Source: the human T2T-CHM13v2.0 reference genome, Homo sapiens. From it: a stretch of DNA of 64,000 bases. Numbering within the stretch: position 1 is the first letter of the stretch; each line of letters starts with the position of its first letter. Below, piece by piece: positions 29,540 through 46,389 of this stretch. Where the stretch lies: the NCBI RefSeq assembly GCF_009914755.1, contig NC_060939.1, one strand, 5' to 3'. The position numbers and the translations under genes were made by a program. The notes under the pieces are model-generated. The model was not told the origin of the DNA and searched no databases. It saw nothing but the letters and a program-made list of their open reading frames with translations.

Positions 29540-30705
29540 TATCTTGAATCGATCATTAATTTTTCTCACCAGCATCCTCACTACCATAGTCCAAGCCTAT
29601 GCCATCTCTCTCCTAGATACCTGTATTCTAACTGCTCTACCTGTTTCCACTCTTGCCCCCTCCCAGTCCATCATCTCTCAGAAGCCAACGTCATCTTTCA
29701 AAAATATAAATCAAATTGTTACACTTCTGCTTACACTCTCCAATAATTTCTCATTGCACTTAGAATAAAATATAGACTCCTTTCCATGACCAGGCCTTTA
29801 TCTGTCTTTCTGACCTCACCTGCTGCCATATTCTTCTGGCGGGTTGTTACTGAAATCCCTGCCTTCACGTTCTTCAAACACGCAGCTTCTGCTGGGCTCC
29901 AGCCCTTCACACTGCACAGACTGCTCTTTCCCAGCATCTTTAAACCTCATCATTCAGCTTTCAACTAGAACGTCACCTTCTCAGAGAAATCTTCCCTGCC
30001 CATTCAAGCTAAAGAACAATGTGCCTTGTCCCCGCTCACCGCCCATGGCCACCGCTCTATTCCACTATACTAGTTTTTTTTTTTTTAACCTTAAGTAATT
30101 ATCACGCTCTGAAATTACCTTATTATTTACTTGTTATGTTTTCTCTCCTCCACTAAAATGTACTCCATATGTCAGTCTTAGTTTCTCTAAGAAGCAAACA
30201 AATTTAAAATGGGATTAAATGTGCCAGGATTTTTGTCGGGTGAAATGCCTGAGAGAGAAAACAGGGAGGGAGCATAAGTTTGAGAGAGCCCTGAAAAGGT
30301 ACTGGAAGCTGGATCCTGAGTGAAGGACAGAGGGGAGGAAAATTAGGTTGAAGTGAACTAGACTGCTGTGCAGTCTAAAGAATGCTCAACATGACCATCA
30401 CTGAGTTTTCCAGCTGTGTCTGCCAGGAATGAACTTGCTTATCCCTACTGTAGTCAGTCACTCTTGGGGAGCAGCCCATGGGAAGCATAGCCTGGTGCAA
30501 ATGTTACATTGGATTTCAGAGCACAGAATCTGAGGCCCTCAATCAATTTTGCTCCTGTAGTTGGAGATCTCTGAGGTACACTGTCATACCTGCCACACTT
30601 TATAAGACCAAGGGCTGTGTTACTCTTCCATTGTCAGTGATTTCCACAATATCTGACATATAGAAAATATTCAAGACATATTTGTGGGATTTATGAATGA
30701 ATTAA
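29540..30705 (+). mobile_element. L2 3' region interrupted by an LTR16
   Basis: gtccaagcctatgccatctctctcctagat...catatttgtgggatttatgaatgaa (L2 3' end). Confidence 0.7.
30170..30597 (-). mobile_element. LTR16 (ERVL, LTR16C-like) solo LTR
   Basis: gggagcagcccatgggaagcatagcct...ggatttcagagcacag...ggagatct...tgccaca. TG...CA termini. Confidence 0.7.
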
Positions 30706-31130
30706 CACAAGAATAAAGAATGTTGCCCAAGATCACATAGGTGGAAGAGCAGAATTTAGAAAACAGCCTCTCTAATTTTAGACAGTTAGTGCTCTTGCTG
30801 CTTCTTGACTATGCTCACTATATTATACTGCTTCTTACATCGTAAACCAGGGAAAACAAAAAAAATTATGTACCCTTGATTAGACCTTTCAGGTATATTT
30901 ATGTCCCTTCTGCAACATATTGTCTATAACACAGATTTATTTCTTGGATCTGATCAAAAGGAACAGAAAGGCTTACCCACCATCATGCAAAAGAAATAGT
31001 GCTAACCATCTCCCATCCAGCCAAATGTATTAGATACACAAAGTGTAATATGTTTTCTTTAAGTGCAGTTAGAAAGGAGAGAGGAAAAACAAAAGCCCTT
31101 CCAGAAGGATTGGGAGTGAGCATTAACTGA

Positions 31131-31421
<291 letters not shown>

Positions 31422-32369
31422 AACTGAATTTTCATTAAATGTCATACATAGAAGAGCCATGCATTCATGTTACCTCTGTCTGATACAATAATCAATAAAG
31501 TCTGGGATATTTATATAAAGGAGTTGAGTTCTATCACAACGGACAAACATCTAACTTGATCATCTTACAAAAATGCTCAAAACCAGAAAAGACATCTTAA
31601 AATAATCCTCAGTTTCATGCAAAACAGGTGAAATAATAGAAACCACATACAATTATTTTTAAATGTTATACTTTGAAGCTGATAGTTTGAGATCAAAGAC
31701 AGTGGTGAATTGCTTATCTAAAACATCTCCTCAGAAACTTGGATGACAAAAAATAAACAACTTTGTTCTTAGCCTTAATAATTTTTCTTAAAACCAAAAT
31801 TGGATAGCACTAGTTGTCCATAGACAGAGTCAAATATAGTGAGTAAGTAAAGAAAAACTGTTGGCACGTAAGAGAACCTGATACAGTGACTTGTGTGATC
31901 CACAATAGCTCTTTTGCTGTAAATAAATCTTTATTTTGAAACCCTTTTCATTCTATGTAGTGAAGTGGTTTCCTTCTGTATCCTTGACCTGGAGCAAGAG
32001 GAGAGTATTATGTATTAGCCTGGGATCTTCAAGTTATTTTGACTCAGGGATTGGAAAGGCTACAGCGGTTGAAGACAGATGAGAAGAAATGAAGTAAGAA
32101 GAGATGGTTCTAAATGGTTCTAAAATATCACCATTATTTGCTTAGGTGGAAATTAGGCAAGTGAGAGAGGAGTTAACATGGCGTGAGAGGAAGAGAGGAC
32201 AGCAGCCTGATGACGGAGGGCTCTGTTGGAGGCAAGTGTAAAATACTTGCTTGCATGCTAATTTTCCCTAATGCAGTTGTTTCTAATCATAGGTTATATA
32301 CAGATCCTTGAGTTCCACCTTAGACTTACTAAATCAAAATCTCTGCTAGAGCCACTGCTAGCAGGACAT

Positions 32370-32800
32370 GCCCCTACACATGCATAGCTTCCCCCATTAC
32401 CAACATCTCCCCACAAAGTGGTACATTTGTTACAATTGAGGAACCTCCTTTAGCACATCATAATCACTGGAAGTCCATAGTTCATTAGATTTAACTCTAA
32501 GTGTTATACATTCTATGGGCTTGGACAAATGTATAATAGCAAGTATCTACCATTATACTATAATATGGAGTATTTTCACTGCCTTAAACATCCTCTCTGC
32601 TCTGGCTATTCATCTCTGTATCCCCCACCCCAAACCCCTGGGAACCAGTGATCTTTTATTGTCTTCTTAGTTTTGCTTTTTCCAGAATATCACAGTTAAA
32701 ATTTTACAGTATGTGGCTTTTTCAGATTGCCTTCTTTCGCTTAATAATACGTGTTTAAGATTTCTCCATGTTTATTCACAGAGGAATGAAGGTTTGATAG
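32370..32800 (-). mobile_element. Old L1M (MC/MD-like) 3' end, left part of the host of the full-length L1PA
   Basis: gtggtacatttgttacaattgag...tgtggctttttcagattgccttctttc. Continues at 38943. Confidence 0.75.
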
Positions 32801-32813
32801 CTTATTTCTTTTT

Positions 32814-32914
32814 TTTTCTTTTTTTTTTAATTTTCTTTTTTTTAATTATTTTTTATTTTTTATTTTTTATTTTTTGCCAGCACTGTTCTTTATTGCACTA
32901 GGGTGCCACCATCT
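32814..32914 (-). other. L1 3' transduction (39 bp) plus second poly(A) tail
   Basis: Non-L1 segment 32876-32914 with a minus-strand AATAAA (32889-32894) 13 nt before a ~60-nt A-rich tail. It lies inside the TSD cttatttcttttt (32801-32813, 38930-38942). Confidence 0.88.
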
Positions 32915-33138
32915 TATTTATTTATTTTTTTTAATTATACTTTAAGTTTTAGGGTACATATGCACATTGTGCAGGTTAGTTACATATGTGTACATGTGCC
33001 ATGCTGGTGCGCTGCACCCACTAACTCGTCATCTAGCATTAGGTATATCTCCCAATGTTATGCCTCCCCCCTCCCCCCACCCCACAACAGTCCCCAGAGT
33101 GTGATATTCCCCTTCCTGTGTCCATGTGATCTCATTGT

Positions 33139-36978
<3,840 letters not shown>

Positions 36979-37014
36979 TTAGTTGATGCAGTTTCTTCCT
37001 AGTCTCGATGGTCT

Positions 37015-38031
37015 TTACATTTTGGCATGATTTTGCAGCGGCTGGTACCGGTTGTTCCTTTCCATGTTTAGTGCTTCCTTCAGGAGCTCTTGTAAGGCAG
37101 GCCTGGTGGTGACAAAATCTCTCAGCATTTGCTTCTCTGTAAAGTATTTTATTTCTCCTTCACTTATGAAGCTTAGTTTGGCTGGATATGAAATTCTGGG
37201 TTGAAAATTCTTTTCTTTAAGAATGTTGAATATTGGTCCCCACTCTCTTCTGGCTTGTAGGGTTTCTGCCAAGAGATCCGCTGTTAGTCTGATGGGCTTC
37301 CCTTTGAGGGTAACCCGACCTTTCTCTCTAGCTGTCCTTAACATTTTTTCCTTCATTTCAACTTTGGTGAATCTGACAATTATGTGTCTTGGAGTTGCTC
37401 TTCTCGAGGAGTATCTTTGTGGCGTTCTCTGGATTTCCTGAATCTGAACGTTGGCCTGCCTTGCTAGATTGGGGAAGTTCTCCTGGATAATATCCTGCAG
37501 AGTGCTTTCCAACTTGGTTCCATTCTCCCCATCACTTTCAGGTACACCGATCAGACGTAGATTTGGTCTTTTCACATAGTCCCATATTTCTTGGAGGCTT
37601 TGCTCATTTCCTTTTATTCTTTTTTCTCTAAACTTCCCTTCTCGCTTCATTTCATTCATTTCATCTTCCATTGCTGATACCCTTTCTTCCAGTTGATCGC
37701 ATCGGCTCCTGAGGCTTCTGCATTCTTCACGTAGTTCTCGAGCCTTGGTTTTCAGCTCCATCAGCTCCTTTAAGCACTTCTCTGTATTGGTTATTCTAGT
37801 TATACATTCTTCTAAATTTTTTTCAAAGTTTTCAACTTCTTTGCCTTTGGTTTGAATGTCCTCCCATAGCTCAGAGTAATTTGATCGTCTGAAGCCTTCT
37901 TCTCTGAGCTCGTCAAAGTCATTCTCCATCCATCTTTGTTCCGTTGCTGGTGAGGAACTGCGTTCCTTTGAAGGAGGAGAGGCGCTCTGCTTTTTAGAGT
38001 TTCCAGTTTTTCTGTTCTGTTTTTTCCCCAT
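37015..38031 (-). CDS. L1 ORF1p, intact 338 aa RNA-binding chaperone
   Basis: MGKKQNRKTGNSK...LQNHAKM, full length. REKG, ARR and YPAKLS motifs are retained. Confidence 0.95.
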   Translation of the reverse strand: MGKKQNRKTGNSKKQSASPPSKERSSSPATEQRWMENDFDELREEGFRRSNYSELWEDIQTKGKEVENFEKNLEECITRITNTEKCLKELMELKTKARELREECRSLRSRCDQLEERVSAMEDEMNEMKREGKFREKRIKGNEQSLQEIWDYVKRPNLRLIGVPESDGENGTKLESTLQDIIQENFPNLARQANVQIQEIQRTPQRYSSRRATPRHIIVRFTKVEMKEKMLRTAREKGRVTLKGKPIRLTADLLAETLQARREWGPIFNILKEKNFQPRISYPAKLSFISEGEIKYFTEKQMLRDFVTTRPALQELLKEALNMERNNRYQPLQNHAKM

Positions 38032-38929
38032 CTTTGTGGTTTTATCTACTTTTGGTCTTTGATGATGGTGATGTACAGATGGGTTTTTGGTGTGGATGTC
38101 CTTTCTGTTTGTTAGTTTTCCTTCTAACAGACAGGACCCTCAGCTGCAGGTCTGTTGGAATACCCTGCCGTGTGAGGTGTCAGTGTGCCCCTGCTGGGGG
38201 TTGCCTCCCAGTTAGGCTGCTCGGGGGTCAGGGACCCACTTGAGGAGGCAGTCTGCCCGTTCTCAGATCTCCAGCTGGGTGCTGGGAGAACCACTGCTCT
38301 CTTCAAACTGTCAGACAGGGACATTTAAGTCTGCAGAGGTTACTGCTGTCTTTTTGTTTGTCTGTGCCCTGCCCCCAGCGGTGGAGCCTACAGAGGCAGG
38401 CAGGCCTCCTTGAGCTGTGGTGGGCTCCACCCAGTTCGAGCTTCCTGGCTGCTTTGTTTACCTAAGCAAGCCTGGGCAATGGCGGGCACCCCTCCCCCAG
38501 CCTCGCTGCCACCTTGCAGTTTGATCTCAGACTGCTGTGCTAGCAATCAGTGAGACTCTGTGGGCGTAGGTCCCTCCGAGCCAGGTGCGGGATATAATCT
38601 CATGGTGCGCCGTTTTTTAAGCCCCTCGGAACAGCGCAGTATTCGGGTGGGAGTGACCCGATTTTCCAGGTGCGTCTGTCACCCCTTTCTTTGACTCGGA
38701 AAGGGAACTCCCTGACCCCTTGCGCTTCCCAAGTGAGGCAATGCCTCGCCCTGCTTCGGCTTGCGCACGGTGCGCGCACCCACTGACCTGCGCCCACTGT
38801 CTGGCACTCCCAAGTGAGATGAACCCGGTACCTCAGATGGAAATGCAGAAATCACCCGTCTTCTGCGTCACTCATGCTGGGAGTTGTAGACAGGAGCTGT
38901 TCCTATTTGGCCATCTTGGCTCCTCCCCC
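38032..38929 (-). promoter_or_regulatory. L1 5'UTR: internal sense promoter, YY1 site and antisense promoter; ORF0 truncated
   Basis: CpG-rich. The YY1 site CAAGATGGCC is intact (38909-38918). ORF0 ATG at 38479 (+ strand, MAGTPPPASLPPCSLISDCCASNQ) stops at TGA 38551-38553. Confidence 0.85.
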
Positions 38930-38942
38930 CTTATTTCTTTTT

Positions 38943-41900
38943 ATCACTGAATAATATTCCATTGTCTGGTTGTACCAGTTTAGTTATCCACTCACCTGCT
39001 GAAAGATATCTTAGTTGCTTCCAAGTTTTAACAATTATCAATAAAGTTGCTATAAACATCTATGCAGAATTTTGTGTGGATATCAAGTTTTCAACTCCTT
39101 TGAGTAGGTATCAAGGAGTGCAATTGCTGGATCATATGATAAGACTATGTTTAGTTTTGTAAGAAACTGTCAAACTGTCTTCCAAAGTGGCATTCCCATT
39201 AGCAGTACGTGCGAGTTCTTCTTGTTGTTCCACATCCTCACCGACATTCGGTGTTGTCACAGTTCCAGATTTTAGCCATTCTAATAGGTATATAGTGGTA
39301 TCTTGTTTTGGTTGGAATTTGCATTTCCCTGTGGGCATCTTTTTATATGCTTATTTGCCATCTGTATATCTTCTTTGGTGAGATGTTTCTTAAGGGCTTT
39401 GGCCCATTTAATTGGGTTGTTTGTTTTTTAATTGTTTAGTTTTAAGAGTTCTTTGTATATTTTTAATAACAATCCTTTATCAGATGTGTCTTTTGCAAAT
39501 ATGTGGCTTGCATTTTTATTCTTTTGACATTATCTTTTGCAAAACAGAAGTTTTAAATTTTAATGAAGCCCAACTTATCAATTATTTCTTTCGTGGATCA
39601 TGACTTTAGTGTTGTATCTAAAAGTCATCACCATATCCAAGATCATCTAGGTTTTCTCCTATGTTATCTTCCAGGAGTTTTTTAGTTTTGTGTTTTGCAT
39701 TAGGTCTATGATTCATTTTGAGTTAAATTTTATGAAGGGTGTAAGATCTGTGTCTAGATTAAATTTTTTGCCTGTCGATGTCCAGTTGTTTCAAACTCAT
39801 TTGTTGAAAGACTATCTTTACTTCATTGTTTGCCTTTTCTGCTTTGTCAAAGATCAGTTGACTATATGTGGGTATATCTCTAGGCTTTCTGTTTAGTTCC
39901 ATTGATCTATTTGTCTAGTCTTTTATCAATACCACACTGCCTTGATTAGTGTAGCAAGTATTGAAGTTGGGTAGTGTCCATCCTCCAAATTTGTTCTTCT
40001 CTTTCAACATTGTATTGGCTATTCTGGGACTTTTTGCCTTTCCATATAAACTTTAAATTTAATTTATTGATATCTTAAAAAGTAACTTGCTGGGATTGTA
40101 ATTGTCACTGCATTTAGTCTATAGATAAAGTTGGGAAGAACTGACATCTTAACAATATTGAGTCTTCCCATCCATGAACATGGACGGCCTCTTCATTTAT
40201 GTAATTTTTAAAAATTTTGTTCATGAGAATTTTGTGCTTTTCCTCATGTAGATCTTGTCCACATTTTGTTAAATTTATACTCACATATTGCATTTTGTGG
40301 GTACTATTGTAAATAGTGTTGTATTTTTAATTTTCAATTCCACTTGTTTATTGCTGGTACACAGGAAAATAATGAACTTTTGTATATTAACTTTGTATCC
40401 TGCAACCTTGATTAGTTCCTAGATTTTTGTTGTTTATGTTTTCAGGTTTTCTACATAGAGGATCATGTCATCTGCAAACAAAGACAGTTTTATTTCTTTC
40501 TTCCCAATCTGTATATTTCTTATTTCCTTTTTCTTTTCAGTCTCATTTTATTAGTTAAGACTTCCAGTACAGTGTTGTAAAGGAGTAGTGAAAGGAGACA
40601 TCCTTACCTTGTTTCTGATCTTAGTGAGAAAGCTACTAGTTTTTCACCATTAAATATGATGTTAACTATAGATGCTTTTACAGATATTCTTTATCAGATT
40701 AAGGAAGTCCCCCCCATTCCTAGTTTATTGAGAGTTTTTAATCATAAATGGGTACTGGATTTTGTCAAATGCTTTTTCCTTTTCTATTAATATGATCATG
40801 TGATTTTTCTTTTTCAGCCTGTTGATATAATGAATTACATTAATTGTTGTTCAAATGTTGAACCAGTCTTGCGCACCTGGGTCAAATCCCACTTGGTCAT
40901 GGCGTATAACTCCTTTAATATACTGTTGGATTTAATTGGTAATATTTTGTTGAGGCTTTTTCAGAAATAGATATTAATCTGTAGTGACCCACATATTTAA
41001 CAGTTTTAGTGAGATAAGATTGACATACAATTGAGTGTATATATTTAAGTGTACAGTTTGTTTACACCTGTAAAGTCATCACCACAATTGAGATGATGCA
41101 CACATCTATTAGTCCAAATTTTCCTTGAGCCTTTTTGAAATTTCTCCTTCCCATCTTTCCCTGTTTCTCTTTTTTTAATCCCCAGGCAGTAACCAAACTG
41201 CTTTCTATCAGTTTAGTTTGCATTTTCTAGAATTTTATGTAATGGGAATAAAAATGTATATTCTTTCTTTTGTCTGGCATCTTTCACTAAGCATAATTAA
41301 TTTCATATTCATCTATATTCTTATTGTATTGGTAGTTTATTCCTTTTATTTGCTAAGTGGCATTCCATTGTGTGGGCATTCCACTTTGTTTATCCATTCA
41401 CCAGGTGATGAACATTTAGGTTGTTTCAAGTTTTTGGCTATTACAAATAAAGCTTCTGTACACATTCATGATATGTCTTTGTAGGGACAGATACCTTCAT
41501 TTGTCTGGGGCAAATACCTGGAACTGGAATTGATGGATTATATGATAGATGTGTGCATTAGTTTTAAAGAAACTATCAAGCAGTGTTCCACAGTGGTTAT
41601 ACCACTTTACATTCATACCAGCAATATATGAGGGTTCTAGTTCTTCCACAAACCAAATAACACTTGATTATAATATATTATCATTTTCATGTGTTGCCAG
41701 ATTTAATCTGTTAAAATTTTGTTTCAAATTGTTGTATCTATGCTTATGAAGGATATTGATCTATAGTTTTCTTGTTGTGTCTGTGTGGTTTTGGCATCAA
41801 GTTAATGCTGTCCTCATAGAATAAATTGGGAAATACTTTCTCTTACTTAATTCAATTTTCTGCAACAGTTTGTGTAGATTTGGTATTATTTCTCCAGTAA

Positions 41901-44900
41901 ATATTTGAAAGTTCCACCAGTAAAGCTATTTTGGAGCTGGTTTTTTTCTTTGTCAGAAGTTTTTAAACTACAAATTTAATTTATTTAATAAAACTATTAA
42001 TGTTACCTGTTTCTTCTTAGATAAACTTTAATAGTTTGTGTCTTTTAAGAAATTTGTTCACCTATGTTGATGAATTTATAGTTGTTCAAAATACTCCCTT
42101 ATTACCCTTTTAATCCCTGTAGAATCTGCAGTGATGTCACCTCTATTGTTCTTGATATTGATAATTTGTGTATATTATCTCTTTTATTTTCCTGATTAGT
42201 TTGGCTAGATGTTTTATAATTTTTTGATCTTCTCAAAGAACCAGTGTTTACTATTTTCTTTTTTCTATTTTCCTTTCTATTCTATTATTTCCTTTCTTCT
42301 GCTTACTATATTTTCTATTTAATTCTTTTTTCTATTTACTTTAGGTGAAATTTGCTCTTCTTTTTTTAGTTTCTTAATGTGGAAACAGATCTTTGATAAA
42401 GTTATTCTTCTTCTCTAATACATGTTTAGTGCTATAAATGTCTCCATAATTACTTTTTTGTAGCATCTCATTTTAGTAGCATCAAATTTGATATATTGAA
42501 TTTGTATTTTAATTTTATCCAAAATACTTTCTTAGTGCCCTTTTGATTTATTCTTTAACCCTTGGACTACTTAGAAGAGTATTAAGCTAATCAAATTTAT
42601 TTAATAATTTCTCAATATTTGGGGATTTTTCAGAGATCATTGTTATTGATTTATAATTTAATTACATGGTTGTCAGAAAACATACTTCAAATGGCTTGAA
42701 TCCCTGCAAATCTATTGAGACTTGTTTTATGATCTAAATATGGTCTATCATATGATTTATCTTGATAAATGTTTTTTGTGCCCTTAAAAAGAATACATAT
42801 TTTGAGACTTTTAAGTGGACTGTTCTATAAATGTCAATTAGGTCAAGTTGATTGATGATACTATTTAAGTGTTCTATATCTTTAATGATATTCTGTCTAC
42901 TTGTCCTATCTATCAATTATTGAGAGAAGAGTATTAAAGTCTCCTGCATTAACTGGGGATTTGTCTACTTATCTTTATAGTTCTGTTTTTGCTTTATGTG
43001 TTTTAAAGTTTTGTTTTTTTATATACAAACTTTCAGGATTGCTTTGATGAGTTAACCTCTTTATTTTTATGAAATGACCTTATTTATCCTGGTAACATTT
43101 TTTGCTTTGCAGTCTACTTAATCTGATATTAATATAGCCATCCTAGCTGTCTTTGACTCATGTTAGAATGGTGTATATTTTTACATTCTTTTACTTTTAA
43201 CCTTTTTGTGCCTTCATATTTAGAGGGCATTCTTGTAGGTAGCATATAGTTGGGTCTTCCTTTGTAACCACTCTGACAATCTCTGCCTTTTATGGTGTTT
43301 AGAAAATTTACATCTTTTATGATTACCAATATGGTTAAGTTTACAACTATTATCTTGCCATTTGTTTTCTATTTGCTCCATCATTCTTTTACCTTTTTTC
43401 TTTTTCTGCTTTATAAAATCATTTTTTGTTATTCCACTTATCTCCTTTGTTGGTGTGCTTATTTTCTTGTCTTTTACTGGTTGCTTTAGGGTTTATAGTA
43501 TATATCTTTAAGTTATCACAGTCTATCTCCAAATACCACTTTAGGTATAGATGTATAGTATAAGAGCTTTGCAACAATATATTCCATTTTGCCCTTCCTG
43601 GCCTTTATCCTATTGTTGCCACATATTTTACTTTTATATATGTTATTAATACCATACTACATTGTCATTATTTTTATTTAAACAGTTAAGTACATTTTTA
43701 AAAGATTTAAATAATAAGATTATTATTTACTCATGTAGTATCATTTCCTGTGCTTTTCATGCCTTTGTATAGATTCATATTTCCATCAGGTAGCATTTTC
43801 CTTCTGATTGAAGTACTTCTTTCAATACTTACCATAGTGTGGGTCTACTAGTGATTAATTATTTCAGCTTTTGTATGTTTGAAATAATCTTTATTTTACT
43901 TTTAATTTTCAAAGATATTGTTGCTAGGTATACAGAATTCCACATTTACAGGGTTTATTTTTCTCTTTAATACTTTATACTTTGTGATATTGTTCTATTG
44001 TCTTCTTACCTGCATTGTTTTTCATGAGAAATCTGCTGTCATTCTTTATAATTATCCCTCTACTTTTTCTGTGGCTGTTTTTAAGATTTTATCTTTATCA
44101 GTTGTTTTGAGCAATTTGATTATGATGTTCCTTGGCATTGTTTTCTTCATGTTTATGTGCTTGGGTTTAATTTAGCTTCTTAGGTCCATAGAGTTTAGTT
44201 TTATAAAATTTGGAAAATTTTTGGTCATTATTTCTGCAAATATTTTGCCCTCCCCTTATGAAACTACTCCAATTGCAAATACATTAGACCATTTGAATTA
44301 TCCCACAGCTCAGTTATTATCTGTTCATTTTATTTTATTTTATTTTTTCTTTTAATTTTTTTTATTATTATTATTATAATACTTTAAGTTTTAGGATACA
44401 TGTGCACAACGTGCAGGTTTGTTACATATGTATACATGTGCCATGTTGGTCTGCTGCACCCATTAACTCATCATTTAGCATTAGGTATATCTCCTAATGC
44501 TATCCATCCCCCCTTCCCCCACCCCACAACAGTCCCTGGTGTGTGATGTTCCCCTTCCTGTGTCCATGTGTTCTCATTGTTCAATTCCCACCTATGAGTG
44601 AGAACATGCAGTGTTTGGTTTTTTGTCCTTGCAATAGTTTGCTGAGAATGATGGTTTCCAGCTTCATCCATGTCCCTACAAAGGACACGAATTCATCATT
44701 TTTTATGGCTGCATAGTATTCCATGGTGTATATGTGCCATATTTTTTTAATACAGTCTATCACTGTTGGACATTTGGGTTGGTTCCAAGTCTTTGCTATT
44801 GTGAATAGTGCCACAATAAATCTTTTAATGTTTTATTTTGGATAGTTTTCTATTAAACTGTCTTTGAGTCCATTTACCTTGACTTTTTAAATTTCCAATC

Positions 44901-45480
44901 TGTAGTGAATTCCATTCAGTGTACCATTTATCCCAGATATTGTTCTTTTTATTTCTGGAAATTTTGAGTCTTTTTTATATCTTTCATATCTATACTTCAC
45001 TTTTTGAATATATGAAATGTAGTTATAAAAACTGTTTTTAATGTCCTTGTCTTTTAATTTTAATATTTGTGTCAGTTCTTGGCTGGTTAAAATTGATTTT
45101 TTTTTCTCCTTATCAAAGATTATAGTTTTCTGCTTCTTTTTCATGCCTAGTAGTTTTTTATTGTATTCTAGACATGGGGAAATTTTCTTTCTTGGATTCT
45201 GGATATTTTTGTATTCCTATAATTATTGAGCTTTATTCTAGGATGGATTTAAGTCACTTGGAAACTATTTAATCCTTTTGGGTCTTGCTTTTATGATTCA
45301 CAAGGTGGGACCAGAGCTGTGCATATCATAGGGCTAATTATTCCCCACTAATAATCTGGTTGATGGATCCAGGAACGAGTCCTATACCTGTGTGAGCAGT
45401 ACTCAGTATTCTTTCCTTTAATTCTTTTGGTGGTTACATTCCTAGCCTTAGGTAGTTTTCTCACATGCATGTGCTGATGA
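38943..45480 (-). mobile_element. Old L1M (MC/MD-like) body, with a nested older L1 3' end (~41000-41665) and a nested L1PA
   Basis: Continuous minus-strand L1M sequence. The ORF 42734..42916 reads ...[14 protein letters not shown] (endonuclease region). Confidence 0.8.
44328..44820 (-). mobile_element. 5'-truncated L1PA (~L1PA5) 3' end
   Basis: actttaagttttaggatacatgtgcacaacgtgcaggtttg... ORF 44581..44814 ends ...MFSLIGGN. Confidence 0.92.
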
Positions 45481-46145
45481 GTACATGAGAAGATAACCAT
45501 AACCATCACCACACACTGGCTTCACACTAAACTTCTCTTATTTTCTGAAAATAAAATCACAAATCAGGCACAATATCATTGTGACTAAGTACTTTACTGT
45601 GATTCTGAATTTACTGATAGGTTTCATCAGTATGACTTTTAATGATAGTTAAATTATTTTTGCTAGGGAAAAATTTATTCCATTCTTTTTTTTTGTTTTT
45701 GTTTGTTTGTTTTTTTGCTCTGCATCTCAAGTAAAATCCTATTGTTTGGCTGGTGAGTATGGTCTGCAAGCTGGGGTTAAGACTTGGAACTGAAATGCTC
45801 ACGCAATAGGCTTTGGTAAGGAATTGTAAATTGAGAAAAAGAAGAGACATGAGAGAGCTGTCTGTACTGGAGGAAATTTGGAGAAACTGATATGTGTAAT
45901 GGCAAAATGTGTAAGGCATCTGTGATGTGAATCATCTTACTTGTCAAGCCTCAAACCTTCAGTTTAAACTCTGTTATTCACCAAATTTCCATTTTGGAAA
46001 TTAATTTTTGTTTCAGCAACATGATATAATAATTAAACTCGCCTATTGATGGCACAGGTTGAAAACAGGATCCCTAGGCCAAAGATAGCTGTTCATATAC
46101 TTATTAATATTATGATTGCATACTTACTTAAAATAATGATTATGT

Positions 46146-46216
46146 GGAGGCTGAGGCAGGAGGATTGCTTGAACCCATGAGTTCAAGTCCAGCCTAGGCA
46201 ACATAATAATAATAAT
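46146..46216 (+). mobile_element. FLAM/Alu monomer fragment with (TAA)n tail
   Basis: ggaggctgaggcaggaggattgcttgaacccatgagttcaagtccagcctaggcaacata. Confidence 0.75.
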
Positions 46217-46389
46217 TATTATTATGTGCAGTCAAATGAGTGATTCTCTTCTAAATTGCAGAAAATGAAGACTTATTTTCTACAGAAATCGATAGGGGTG
46301 TTCTGCGTACTGAGAAAACAAGGGTAGTGTTAGAATGTAAAATGAGTAATTAAGCAAAAGTCTGACTATTCAATAAATGGAACTCTGCA

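Noticed and set aside
38479-38553. Intact L1 ORF0
   Set aside because: Premature TGA at codon 25.
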